Below, in pieces: positions 1-9,552 of a stretch of 64,000 nt of DNA. The notes under the pieces were generated by a model. The model was not told where the DNA came from, did no database searches, and saw nothing but the letters and a program-made list of their open reading frames with translations. Origin of the DNA: Candidatus Oxydemutatoraceae bacterium (GTDB lineage: Bacteria; Pseudomonadota; Gammaproteobacteria; Poriferisulfidales; Oxydemutatoraceae); the NCBI GenBank assembly GCA_965218975.1, contig OZ244717.1, positions 352,001 to 416,000 on the forward strand, written 5' to 3'. The first letter of the stretch is position 1; every line of letters begins with the position of its first letter. A program made the position numbers and the translations under genes.

Positions 1-2327
1 GGCCTCATTGAAGCCCATTCTCCAAAGCTGCCGCGAGAAACCCGTTCCCGCGTATTCCGTAGCTATATGCTACGGCCTCATTGAAGCTCTACGGTGATCT
101 GACCGAGCACTTCCAACTCAGCGTATTCCGTAGCTATATGCTACGGCCTCATTGAAGCTACGCAGCGGTACGGCGTCTCGGAGCCGCACACTTGGGTATT
201 CCGTAGCTATATGCTACGGCCTCATTGAAGCGAGGCAGCTTTGTCCATTTGCTGGAGCCGCACGCGGTATTCCGTAGCTATATGCTACGGCCTCATTGAA
301 GCCGGTGTAAAATCATCCATCAAAATAACGGTCTTGCTGTATTCCGTAGCTATATGCTACGGCCTCATTGAAGCTCATTGACTCGGGATATGGACGTCCT
401 CGATTCTTTAGTATTCCGTAGCTATATGCTACGGCCTCATTGAAGCTATGCAAAAGATACCGAAGAATACAATAATTTGAAGTATTCCGTAGCTATATGC
501 TACGGCCTCATTGAAGCTTTGAAGATCAATATGTATTCAATCGTTAAGTTGGGGTATTCCGTAGCTATATGCTACGGCCTCATTGAAGCACATTGGATAG
601 TGCTGCGATTGAGCCTTTTATGAGAGGTATTCCGTAGCTATATGCTACGGCCTCATTGAAGCCCATTCTCCAAAGCTGCCGCGAGAAACCCGTTCCCGCG
701 TATTCCGTAGCTATATGCTACGGCCTCATTGAAGCCTCACTGCCTTCGTTTCCTTCCAGCATAATTACAGCGTATTCCGTAGCTATATGCTACGGCCTCA
801 TTGAAGCTATATTTTTTTTCTACATCTTCCATGTTTTATCTCCGTATTCCGTAGCTATATGCTACGGCCTCATTGAAGCGCGGATGATAATTTGTGCAAT
901 TCCCTCATTTGCCTTAAGTATTCCGTAGCTATATGCTACGGCCTCATTGAAGCCCGGAAGTTAAAGTCCCCATGTCCGCAGTTAAAGCGGAGTATTCCGT
1001 AGCTATATGCTACGGCCTCATTGAAGCGGCTCGGCAATTTCAGTCATCAAATCTTTATAACTCGTATTCCGTAGCTATATGCTACGGCCTCATTGAAGCA
1101 TGATGGTGTTTTAGCACCGTCATGAATGATGTTAAGTATTCCGTAGCTATATGCTACGGCCTCATTGAAGCTTGTTGCAGTATTTATTTTTATCTCGCTT
1201 GTCATGTTGTATTCCGTAGCTATATGCTACGGCCTCATTGAAGCTGGTAAGCACATTCGACTCAACCATGGCTTTCCTCACGTATTCCGTAGCTATATGC
1301 TACGGCCTCATTGAAGCTGTGTGGCGGAATGTCCCTTTTGGGTATAGTTTATCCGTATTCCGTAGCTATATGCTACGGCCTCATTGAAGCAGCGAAGAAG
1401 CCGATGAGGCAGGCGTATATATAGTGTATTCCGTAGCTATATGCTACGGCCTCATTGAAGCGACCGCTGTAACTACGACCTGTCACATTACATAATGTAT
1501 TCCGTAGCTATATGCTACGGCCTCATTGAAGCGGTGCTTTACTCACGCATTCAAGGAATCCGGCGCATGTATTCCGTAGCTATATGCTACGGCCTCATTG
1601 AAGCAAATCTCCGTTGTTGTGGTGCCGGCAAGAGCGCCGGGTATTCCGTAGCTATATGCTACGGCCTCATTGAAGCAACCTTTGCATCTGGGGATAAAAA
1701 ACAGTACTGGAATGTATTCCGTAGCTATATGCTACGGCCTTATTGAAGCATTGCAAATCATCCATATACGGATAAGGAAACAAAGTATTCCGTAGCTATA
1801 TGCTACGGCCTCATTGAAGCTTTGGCTTCTATTGTTCTGCGCGGTTCGGGTACGCATGTATTCCGTAGCTATATGCTACGGCCTCATTGAAGCCCAACTA
1901 TTTGGTCAACACCTATCAACCCAGAAATAAGTATTCCGTAGCTATATGCTACGGCCTCATTGAAGCGACTCAACGCTAATGACGCATACGGCAAAGCCGG
2001 ATGTATTCCGTAGCTATATGCTACGGCCTCATTGAAGCGGCGTTGGGTAAATCTCAGCTAGTGCGTAAAGTGCACGTATTCCGTAGCTATATGCTACGGC
2101 CTCATTGAAGCGATTTTCTAAGTCAGGAAGCTCCAACCCGCAACATAGGTATTCCGTAGCTATATGCTACGGCCTCATTGAAGCAAGCCGCTGTTATATC
2201 GAGTGGTCAAGGAGTGAGTGGTATTCCGTAGCTATATGCTACGGCCTCATTGAAGCTTTTCGTTATTGGGACGCAAGTCATTCCAGGAGACGTATTCCGT
2301 AGCTATATGCTACGGCCTCATTGAAGC
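1..2327 (+). CRISPR. CRISPR array, 36-bp repeat GTATTCCGTAGCTATATGCTACGGCCTCATTGAAGC; 32 full repeats plus a partial repeat at the window start, spacers about 35-38 bp; repeat resembles type I-G (I-U)
   Basis: Repeats counted by eye from 52 to 2292 with a period of about 72 bp. Internal hairpin CCGTAGC/GCTACGG; the 3' ATTGAAGC end suggests + strand transcription. One variant repeat (1714-1749, C>T at 1741). The subtype is inferred from the repeat only, as no cas genes are in the window. Confidence 0.98.
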
Positions 2328-2356
2328 GCGATTAAATGTTTTTCGTAAATTTATGC

Positions 2357-3247
2357 TCAACGTTCACCACTGAATAAAGCCTCTTGAATGTCGCCTTGAA
2401 TACAATTCTTCACGCCATTCGCATTTCTTTGTTTTGTATTTTTAACAGGTTTCCTAAGTGGTTGCCCATTATGTTCAAGATACCCAAGAACTCTCCGCAA
2501 GCCAATTTCAACATGCTTTTGTGATCTTTCAATACCGATGCTTTTTCTACCTAATGTTCGTGCAACTGCATTAGTAGTAAATGCTCCTGCAAACGGGTCA
2601 AGAATTATATCTTCTTTATTTGAACTTGCTTGAACAATTCTTTGAAGAAGCGTTTCAGGTTTTTGGGATGGATGATCTTCATATTCATCCATCTTGTAAC
2701 GTACTCGAGGAAAATACCAAACATTTCCTGGAACTTTTTTCGTATTATAAATCGTTGGAATCTTTTTTCTGTAGTCAATAAGTTTACGTTTAGCCCCCGT
2801 TTTAGCTTCTATAGCAATTGTGTCAGCGTTAAAAGTGTAATTATCAAGATCTTTCACACAGAAAAGAATCGGTTCATACATGGAACCATAATATTTTTTC
2901 GCTTGCACCCCCGAACTATCATATGACCAAATAATTCTGCTAAGTATGTTTATTCTCTTTCTCAATATAATATCTATGTAGGGCATAGCTTGGGTGCTTG
3001 TCATCACATACATAGAGCCTTGAGATGAAAGTTTATCAATACAAAGAGTTAACCATTTCTCACACCATTCAGCATACGCTTCATCAGAAGGCCATTTGTC
3101 ATCAAATCCATCAAAGCGTTTCCCAATGTTGTAAGGGGGATCAGCAAATATCAAATCAATTGAATTATTAGCAATTTTATCGCGTAATACTTCTATTGCA
3201 TCGCCTTGGTAAATGGCATGATTTTTTATTTCGTATTTTTTAATCAT
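2357..3247 (-). CDS. Orphan beta-class N4/N6 DNA methyltransferase, YhdJ-like
   Basis: N-terminal DPPY, HPSQKP and C-terminal DPFAG SAM-binding motif; segments such as WSYDSSGVQAKKYYGSMYEPIL are typical of YhdJ-like MTases. Confidence 0.88.
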   Translation of the reverse strand: MIKKYEIKNHAIYQGDAIEVLRDKIANNSIDLIFADPPYNIGKRFDGFDDKWPSDEAYAEWCEKWLTLCIDKLSSQGSMYVMTSTQAMPYIDIILRKRINILSRIIWSYDSSGVQAKKYYGSMYEPILFCVKDLDNYTFNADTIAIEAKTGAKRKLIDYRKKIPTIYNTKKVPGNVWYFPRVRYKMDEYEDHPSQKPETLLQRIVQASSNKEDIILDPFAGAFTTNAVARTLGRKSIGIERSQKHVEIGLRRVLGYLEHNGQPLRKPVKNTKQRNANGVKNCIQGDIQEALFSGER

Positions 3248-3251
3248 TAAA

Positions 3252-4172
3252 TCAAGCTACCAATTGTTCATAAGTAATCGTCTTCCCAACCATGGCCTTA
3301 AAGAGATCATCAAGTCTGTCCTGTGTATCACGTTTCACATTGCCTTCATTAAGTCTGAATGTAAACTCATTTACATATTGTTGACAATGCTTCTTGCTCC
3401 AATTGTGGTAAACACCATTGAAGCCACGTTTAATCACTGACCATACAGATTCAACTCCATTAGTATGCGCCATCCCGTTAACATATTCTCTTGCTGAATG
3501 TTTTACGCTTTCATGCTGATAATAGTCGCCTCCAATATCTTTATAACCCTTGTGGTCATCCGTATAAATGGTGGTACCCACTTCAATGTTAGCAAGAACA
3601 GCACTATGAATAGTAGCCTTGTCTTCACCTTCAACTGGCATAGCTTTTACACGGCCTTCCCGTTCTCTCATACCCAGCACAGCCTGCTTTCCCACAGTAC
3701 CGCGTCCGGCCTTGAGTTTCTTATGAGAGTGTTTATTCTTTTCAGCCCTACCAATATAGGTGGCGTCCATTTCCACTTCACCACTCAAGGCTTCAAGATT
3801 GTTGCCGCAAGCTAAACGTAGCCTATGCAGCATGTACCAGGCTGTCGGATAGCTAACGTCCAGTTCCTTGCTTAATTGCATGGCGGAAATACCTTTACGG
3901 GCGGTCATAAGCAGATACGCTGCAAATAGCCACATACGGGCATCACGCACCCTGTTATGTTCAAGTGGGGTTTCTGTGAAAGCATTGAAATATCCGCGAC
4001 AATCGCCGCACCAATAACCTTTCTTGTAGTTCTTTTGCTTGGTGATTCTGCCGGTACAGCCGCATTTGACACATACAGGCTTAGTTCCCCATCTAAGCTG
4101 CTCAAGCTTCGGCAAAAATGTTTTCAAGGGCAATTTCATAATTGGACTCTTTTGGCGATAGACCCCGTTCAA
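3252..4172 (-). mobile_element. IS1595-family transposase, N-terminus probably truncated or replaced
   Basis: Zn ribbon (CVKC...CGDC), HTH segment (GISAMQLSKEL), VEMDATYIG, IYTDD, HTNGVESVWS and YVNEFTFRLN motifs. No terminal inverted repeats identified. Confidence 0.9.
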
Positions 4173-4539
4173 TTGATTTATTGCGGGTCACGCCCCGTGC
4201 CTTTAGGCAGGCAACTTTTAGGAGCCACTCATCAACATCCGGAATCCATTGTTCCTTTGTATCCGAAGGCAGCAGAAAAAGTCTTTGCTTCCCACCTTCG
4301 AGAAAGGGACTTTGTAAATTGTCACGTATATTTTTTAAAAGTATATCGCTTGCTACAGAATCATCATAAATTTTATGGCACCAATTCCAAATCGGACCAA
4401 GTTTATCGGCCTTATCAACCACTTCCCCTGTTTCATCAAGGAGGATACTAACAGGAATTAGCTTCTTGTCGAACGCCTTCTTAGGATCAACAAGAGATTT
4501 ACCGATTTTGGAATTTCGGTAACGTAATTCTTCCTTCAT
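4102..4539 (-). CDS. Hypothetical protein, probably truncated at its C-terminus at the IS1595 junction
   Basis: 145-aa ORF co-oriented with the island. It overlaps the transposase ORF and stops where transposase homology (LEQLRWG) begins. Confidence 0.5.
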   Translation of the reverse strand: MKEELRYRNSKIGKSLVDPKKAFDKKLIPVSILLDETGEVVDKADKLGPIWNWCHKIYDDSVASDILLKNIRDNLQSPFLEGGKQRLFLLPSDTKEQWIPDVDEWLLKVACLKARGVTRNKSIERGLSPKESNYEIALENIFAEA

Positions 4540-4644
4540 CTACCAATTTAATCCAATCATGAATTGAGCGTTCTTTATAGATTGTTTCCATAGTCTGTTG
4601 TCCTCCTTATCGGAAATACAACCTCTGCATCGACAATTGCAGCT

Positions 4645-5547
4645 TCAATTCTTTCCATCTTCAGCGGCTTTGACTGCATCAACAACGTCATCAGCAAGTC
4701 GACGAAGTTCAACATATTCAAGCACTGCTAGTTCTCGAGAACCGCCGATAAAGCAAATCTCCCGGCATACATCTAGCACTTTGCCGGCAGGCGGCAGTTT
4801 GCCGCTACTTTCATTGTCGTCGGGAAGAAATCTTGTGAGACTCGCCGCCACGGCTTCTTGGACCGAAGCTATTCCAAAAACGGGATTCCTGGATACCATT
4901 GCAGATACAAACCATTCCCAGTGGGCTTTTGTTTGCCGAAGTATTTTTCCTATCCGGTCTTTCGCTATCCCGGATTGTATCTCGGCTCGCCGAACTAGCC
5001 GCTCCCGCCACCAAGCTCTCGCAAACGGACAATCAACAAGAACACTTTTGTTCCCCCGAACATGAGGCAATCCACCCAGTTGGCGTAGAACCGAACGCAC
5101 GCAGTTGTCCGTTTGCTCTTTTCTTTTAGGGTTCTCGTTGGCCATTATCCTGTCAATACGCTCTGCGCCTGTTTGTGATGCGATCCCATTACTTGCGAGG
5201 AAACTCGGTTCGATTCGACCTTCCCGAACGTGGCACATAGTGACATGAGTCCAAAATAATGTGCTTGAGGCAATCGACAAAGAAAGGTTATTCCAGAGAT
5301 CGTACATCTTGGATTCAGTGCTAGCTGGGGGATCCTTGAATTGCGCCTCGCTCATCTTGACCTGATACAGATCGGGATCAATCAAACCAGAAACCGGAAT
5401 CTGCTCCATAGTTTTGATGAATGCTTCCCCGTCTCTGATCTCTTGAAGAAATGCCTCTTGTTTTTCGCTACCTTTCTCGCTAAGCAAATTCGCCCGGAAT
5501 TTGGCCCACTCTTTGTCGTCAAGACATTTCCAATCAAGTTCACTCAT
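4645..5547 (-). CDS. Uncharacterised protein, possibly DUF6339-like; fifth gene of the sulfur/GHKL operon
   Basis: 300-aa ORF overlapping the upstream stop. The FWTHVT...GNKS...FARAWW pattern recalls the RN..xRLWW motif of DUF6339 (from memory, not searched). Confidence 0.7.
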   Translation of the reverse strand: MSELDWKCLDDKEWAKFRANLLSEKGSEKQEAFLQEIRDGEAFIKTMEQIPVSGLIDPDLYQVKMSEAQFKDPPASTESKMYDLWNNLSLSIASSTLFWTHVTMCHVREGRIEPSFLASNGIASQTGAERIDRIMANENPKRKEQTDNCVRSVLRQLGGLPHVRGNKSVLVDCPFARAWWRERLVRRAEIQSGIAKDRIGKILRQTKAHWEWFVSAMVSRNPVFGIASVQEAVAASLTRFLPDDNESSGKLPPAGKVLDVCREICFIGGSRELAVLEYVELRRLADDVVDAVKAAEDGKN

Positions 5548-6433
5548 CTTCGTGCCTCAATGGTGGGGGTACATCATGCGGATAAAGCAGCGTTGCAGCC
5601 TCCTCAGGTCTGAAATCCGGATCTTCCCAATTACAATTAGTGCAGCCTTTCGTTTCCAGATCATTGGCAAGCGATTCTAGAGCTTTGTAACTGCACCATC
5701 CTTCTTCACTATCTCCGTCGGAATCCTTGTATTTCCGTTGCAGTGCAGAAAAGCACGAAGTCACGACATGAGTCATAATGTCCTTGCGTTTATCCGAATA
5801 GTGCCCTTTGTCTTGAAGAAAAGTATAAAGAGCTGGACCACAATGTACTACGAAGCGGAACGTGTCTCCATCAACAGCCTCTGTATAAAATTGGCCTTGC
5901 TTTAAGCTTTCGTCCGACCAAATAGAAATGAGTCCTTGAAGACCTGATGCCCCAAGATTAAATACCGGCCCCTGCGCAAGCCAAGCACCCTTCGGAAATA
6001 TTACTTCCAAACCATTCCAGTCGGGATGTACATCATCCTTTTCAGAATCCAGAGTACAGAATATTTCCCGGATGCATACAATTACTGGAGTGAAGTACGG
6101 AGGCTCACCAAAGTTTGTGTTATTCCAAGCAATTTCCTGGGTCGGATCTTGAGAACACTGAAGTTCCCGATACGCCGAGCGAGGCGCGGCCAAAGAACAA
6201 GCATACCGGGCATGTTTTTGCGCAATCAGTCGCTCGACCAGACGGGCACCCGTCACCGAATGCGTTAGCAAGAAGCGGCTTTTGTCGGAACTAAACCTAT
6301 GTTGAACCTGACTATGTTGAACCTGATAATTGCCATTCGGGAAGGCATCATTGCCTTCCTCAATTGCCGGATAATTACGCGCCAGAATCGCGTTCGCCCC
6401 GGGGGCGCTCTTGGCGTTGATGTCGGTATTCAT
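5540..6433 (-). CDS. Uncharacterised protein; fourth gene of the sulfur/GHKL operon
   Basis: 297-aa ORF with an ATGA start/stop overlap with the GHKL gene; N-terminal YP.I...ND.F pattern. Confidence 0.7.
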   Translation of the reverse strand: MNTDINAKSAPGANAILARNYPAIEEGNDAFPNGNYQVQHSQVQHRFSSDKSRFLLTHSVTGARLVERLIAQKHARYACSLAAPRSAYRELQCSQDPTQEIAWNNTNFGEPPYFTPVIVCIREIFCTLDSEKDDVHPDWNGLEVIFPKGAWLAQGPVFNLGASGLQGLISIWSDESLKQGQFYTEAVDGDTFRFVVHCGPALYTFLQDKGHYSDKRKDIMTHVVTSCFSALQRKYKDSDGDSEEGWCSYKALESLANDLETKGCTNCNWEDPDFRPEEAATLLYPHDVPPPLRHEDE

Positions 6434-8397
6434 TCTGAAGTGCTTATGGTGGGCTTAGTATCATCGGAGGGTCTCTTGCCAATCTCCACTCGGAGACTTG
6501 CTCCGGATTGGATAGGGACACCATCGGCTGCCAGTTTATATTCGGCCTCTACTTCGGTCGTAGTATTCTTTCCAAGATTGCCCAGCAAAATAGCAGGATA
6601 GGGTTTGGTAATTATTCTATCCGGCTGAATCGTTTTTCCATTGACCTTCGCCGCGGTGATTGCGGCAACACGATCAGTCCATATACGCTCAGTCGTTACA
6701 TCCGAATGATCATCAACAACGAGACGGAGTTCCAGATCTTCACAAGGCTCAATGCAATGGATCCGGATTTTCCGGCGATTTGAAGCCGATGGAGTAACAA
6801 CGATCTTAAAATATTGCGGCAAGGTCGGCCTTTCCCGAGAGCCGCTCCGGCTACTTTGCCGTCTTTTCCCGGTATTCTTGCTTCGGCCCTTGTTCCTGCC
6901 ACCTGTCGTTCCCCCGGGCCCTGTTTCATGTGGTCGCCGTGAGGATATCCGTCTCTTAATCAGCGCGATTGTGCCCTGATATTCCCGACCGGCTTTTTTT
7001 CCTTGTCGGCTTCCGGCGGTGCTATCAGGGAAGACCAAGAAGTCGTCAGGGCTATACTCGTCAGAAGTAAGTTTTGGTATTACCTCTTCGATTTTCTTTT
7101 TAATCACATTAAATGCCTGACGTAGCTGCTTCCAGTCCTCGTTGCTGATAGCCTTCTTATCAAGCCGATTGTGTAGAGGCCCCTCAGCTTTTCCAATAAG
7201 ATCGTGGAACCGGCGGGGCGCGCTCTTTGCGGAAACCAGAACCAAACCTTCAAAGGCCTCATAGTCTGCAAAGTTAAAACCGGGAATGTTGCCGGTAATC
7301 CACATACCGTTCCTGCAAAGATTTACTCGCGTTCGCCCTGAAGGCGCCGGATGCTGAACGAAAAGTCTTACCGAGCCATCCAGGACCTCAACTTCATGGC
7401 GATAACCTCCTCGGTAGGCTTGATAGGCAAAAAATGCCTGTTCGCCCGGGAGATAGTCCTTTTTCCGTTTTTGTTCCCGATATTTCTCCAGAACAGTCTG
7501 CAACTGCTCACTCGTAAGTTCCCGCTGGGGCTTATTGCCCTCGCCTTCAATAACCACCTCGAGCTGCCCATCAGCTATTGCGACAAAAAAACTACAGGCA
7601 ATAGCCTCCGGTACGGTATCAGATAGAAAATCCTTATCCTTACTACGAAAACGGTTGAATGCAGGAACGATAACGGCAGTCCCATGTCCGGAATCCTTCT
7701 CAATATCCGCCAAAGCGTTTTTAATCAATATCGGAAGGTCATTTCCCCACGGGTATATGTATTCTCTTTTTTTGCGATCAACCAAGTAATAACCGTTAGC
7801 GCTCCGCCCTGTGTCGTCGCTCTGGTTAGCATAATGGGATGCGAGAATTGCGTGGCCGCTTGCAATCCGTTTCCCGTTGCAAATACCACCGTAGAGTACA
7901 TACCTGAGATCTGAGGCGGGAAATAACGAAAAATGCCCAACGCCGAAGGTACCGGACGCTCCACTTTCCTTGCGACTTCTGCCGTCCGACAATAATGCCG
8001 TCATTCTGTCTTTGTCGAGGCCAATACCATTGTCCGAAACAATAAGTGCCTGCTGCCAATCTTGTGATAGCGCTTCAGAGATTCTGTCAGCCACAATTTG
8101 CTCCTGATCATTGAGCGAACCGTTGTTTTCCTCCTCACGCCTTTTCACTGCTTTCTTAAAAGCGGATTTATAACTCTCAATTCCAGGTATATCTTCGGTT
8201 TTTACCTCCGTAGTAGAAAAACGTACTATAGCCCTAGCCTCACGAACCCCAGTGTAATGGAGGGCGGCGGCGGCATCCAGAGAATTTTGGATCAGCTCGC
8301 GCACAATTGCGAACGAACTCATCTCTCGGAAGCTGCTAATGCTAGCAGCCGTAAATCCGTAAGAGTCACTCGATTTGAAAAAATAAAGATCTGTCAT
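6430..8397 (-). CDS. GHKL (HATPase/MORC/sacsin-like) ATPase domain protein
   Basis: All four Bergerat-fold motifs are present: RELIQNSLDA, SDNGIGL, GASGTFGVG and HGTAV. A basic Gly/Arg-rich linker precedes a C-terminal domain. Confidence 0.85.
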   Translation of the reverse strand: MTDLYFFKSSDSYGFTAASISSFREMSSFAIVRELIQNSLDAAAALHYTGVREARAIVRFSTTEVKTEDIPGIESYKSAFKKAVKRREEENNGSLNDQEQIVADRISEALSQDWQQALIVSDNGIGLDKDRMTALLSDGRSRKESGASGTFGVGHFSLFPASDLRYVLYGGICNGKRIASGHAILASHYANQSDDTGRSANGYYLVDRKKREYIYPWGNDLPILIKNALADIEKDSGHGTAVIVPAFNRFRSKDKDFLSDTVPEAIACSFFVAIADGQLEVVIEGEGNKPQRELTSEQLQTVLEKYREQKRKKDYLPGEQAFFAYQAYRGGYRHEVEVLDGSVRLFVQHPAPSGRTRVNLCRNGMWITGNIPGFNFADYEAFEGLVLVSAKSAPRRFHDLIGKAEGPLHNRLDKKAISNEDWKQLRQAFNVIKKKIEEVIPKLTSDEYSPDDFLVFPDSTAGSRQGKKAGREYQGTIALIKRRISSRRPHETGPGGTTGGRNKGRSKNTGKRRQSSRSGSRERPTLPQYFKIVVTPSASNRRKIRIHCIEPCEDLELRLVVDDHSDVTTERIWTDRVAAITAAKVNGKTIQPDRIITKPYPAILLGNLGKNTTTEVEAEYKLAADGVPIQSGASLRVEIGKRPSDDTKPTISTSE

Positions 8398-9548
8398 GCT
8401 ACTGCTACTCCTTCACCAAACTGCCGTTCAAACGCAAGAGCGGCAAGCATAATATCCTCCTCTGTGGTAAACCGGCCTAGGCTAATACGGACCGCCTGAA
8501 GCGCCGACAAAGGCGGTTGTCCGAGGGCCGTTAAAACATGAGACGGTTCAACCCCTCGTGACGAACAGGCAGAACCCGTTGAAATCGCCACGCTCCCTTC
8601 AAGCCCGGCAATTACTTCATCTCCGGATATCCCCGGAAACGACACATTTAAACTTCCCGGTACACGTTGATATTTGTGCCCGTTCAGTTGAAGCCCTGGC
8701 GCGCTTTTCTGCAGTAACTGCCATAGCCGGGAAGTCAGTTTCCTGATACGTAACGAATCCTTTTCTGTCTCATTCAACGCAATTTCACATGCCGCACCAA
8801 AGCCAACAACGAGATGTACGGGCAAGGTGCCGGGACGTAAGCCGCGCTCCTGACCACCTCCTGTAGCAACCGGCCCGATGCGATCAAAAGTATCGTTGTG
8901 GACATAGAGGACCCCAATCCCCATCGGGCCATATACTTTGTGCGAGGATAACGACAACAGGTCGATTCCAAGCGAATCGACATCAATTCCTATTTTTCCG
9001 GCGGCTTGGGTTGCATCCGTATGCATTAACGCACCATGCTCATGGGCAATCGACGCAATCTCGGCAACCGGATGAACAACTCCAATTTCGTTATTAACCA
9101 GCATAGCGGATACTATCGCAGTCTTATCGCTGATCGCATCTTGCATTTCGTCCATATCCATAATGCCGTCCGGATTCACCCCGATCTTGCGGATAGGAAC
9201 TCCATCCAAACCCAATGCTCGAACTGTTTCCAAAACTGCCGGGTGCTCGGTAGCTACAGTAATAATCTCGTTACGGCCAGTGCTTCTCTTGATCGTGCCT
9301 CGAAGCGCAATGTTGCAGGATTCCGTTGCGCCGGAAGCAAAAATAATTTCTTGGTCGTCTGCGCCTAACAGGGCAGCTACCTGAGCACGACCTTCAGCTA
9401 CGGCCCGCGCCGCATTCCATCCATAGGCATGATGGATTGCATGGGGATTCCCAAAACGCTCTTGCAGAAAAGGCTGCATGGCATCTCGAACCCGGGGGTC
9501 AAGCGGAGTGGTGGCCTGGTAGTCCAGATACACCGGTGCAGAAGCCAT
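8394..9548 (-). CDS. Cysteine desulfurase, IscS/DndA/SspA-like; probable start at 9548 (MASAPVYLD)
   Basis: YLDYQATTP, HTDATQA, SSHKVYGPMG (PLP lysine) and STGSACSS (catalytic Cys). Not located in an isc/suf cluster. Confidence 0.92.
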   Translation of the reverse strand: MASAPVYLDYQATTPLDPRVRDAMQPFLQERFGNPHAIHHAYGWNAARAVAEGRAQVAALLGADDQEIIFASGATESCNIALRGTIKRSTGRNEIITVATEHPAVLETVRALGLDGVPIRKIGVNPDGIMDMDEMQDAISDKTAIVSAMLVNNEIGVVHPVAEIASIAHEHGALMHTDATQAAGKIGIDVDSLGIDLLSLSSHKVYGPMGIGVLYVHNDTFDRIGPVATGGGQERGLRPGTLPVHLVVGFGAACEIALNETEKDSLRIRKLTSRLWQLLQKSAPGLQLNGHKYQRVPGSLNVSFPGISGDEVIAGLEGSVAISTGSACSSRGVEPSHVLTALGQPPLSALQAVRISLGRFTTEEDIMLAALAFERQFGEGVAVA

Positions 9549-9552
9549 ATGT

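Noticed and set aside
656-2302. ORFs with repeated YSVAICYGLIEA
   Set aside because: They are translations of CRISPR repeats and spacers, not genes.
1-2327. Self-targeting spacers within the window
   Set aside because: None was noticed by eye, but an exhaustive comparison was not possible; a BLASTN of all 32 spacers is needed.
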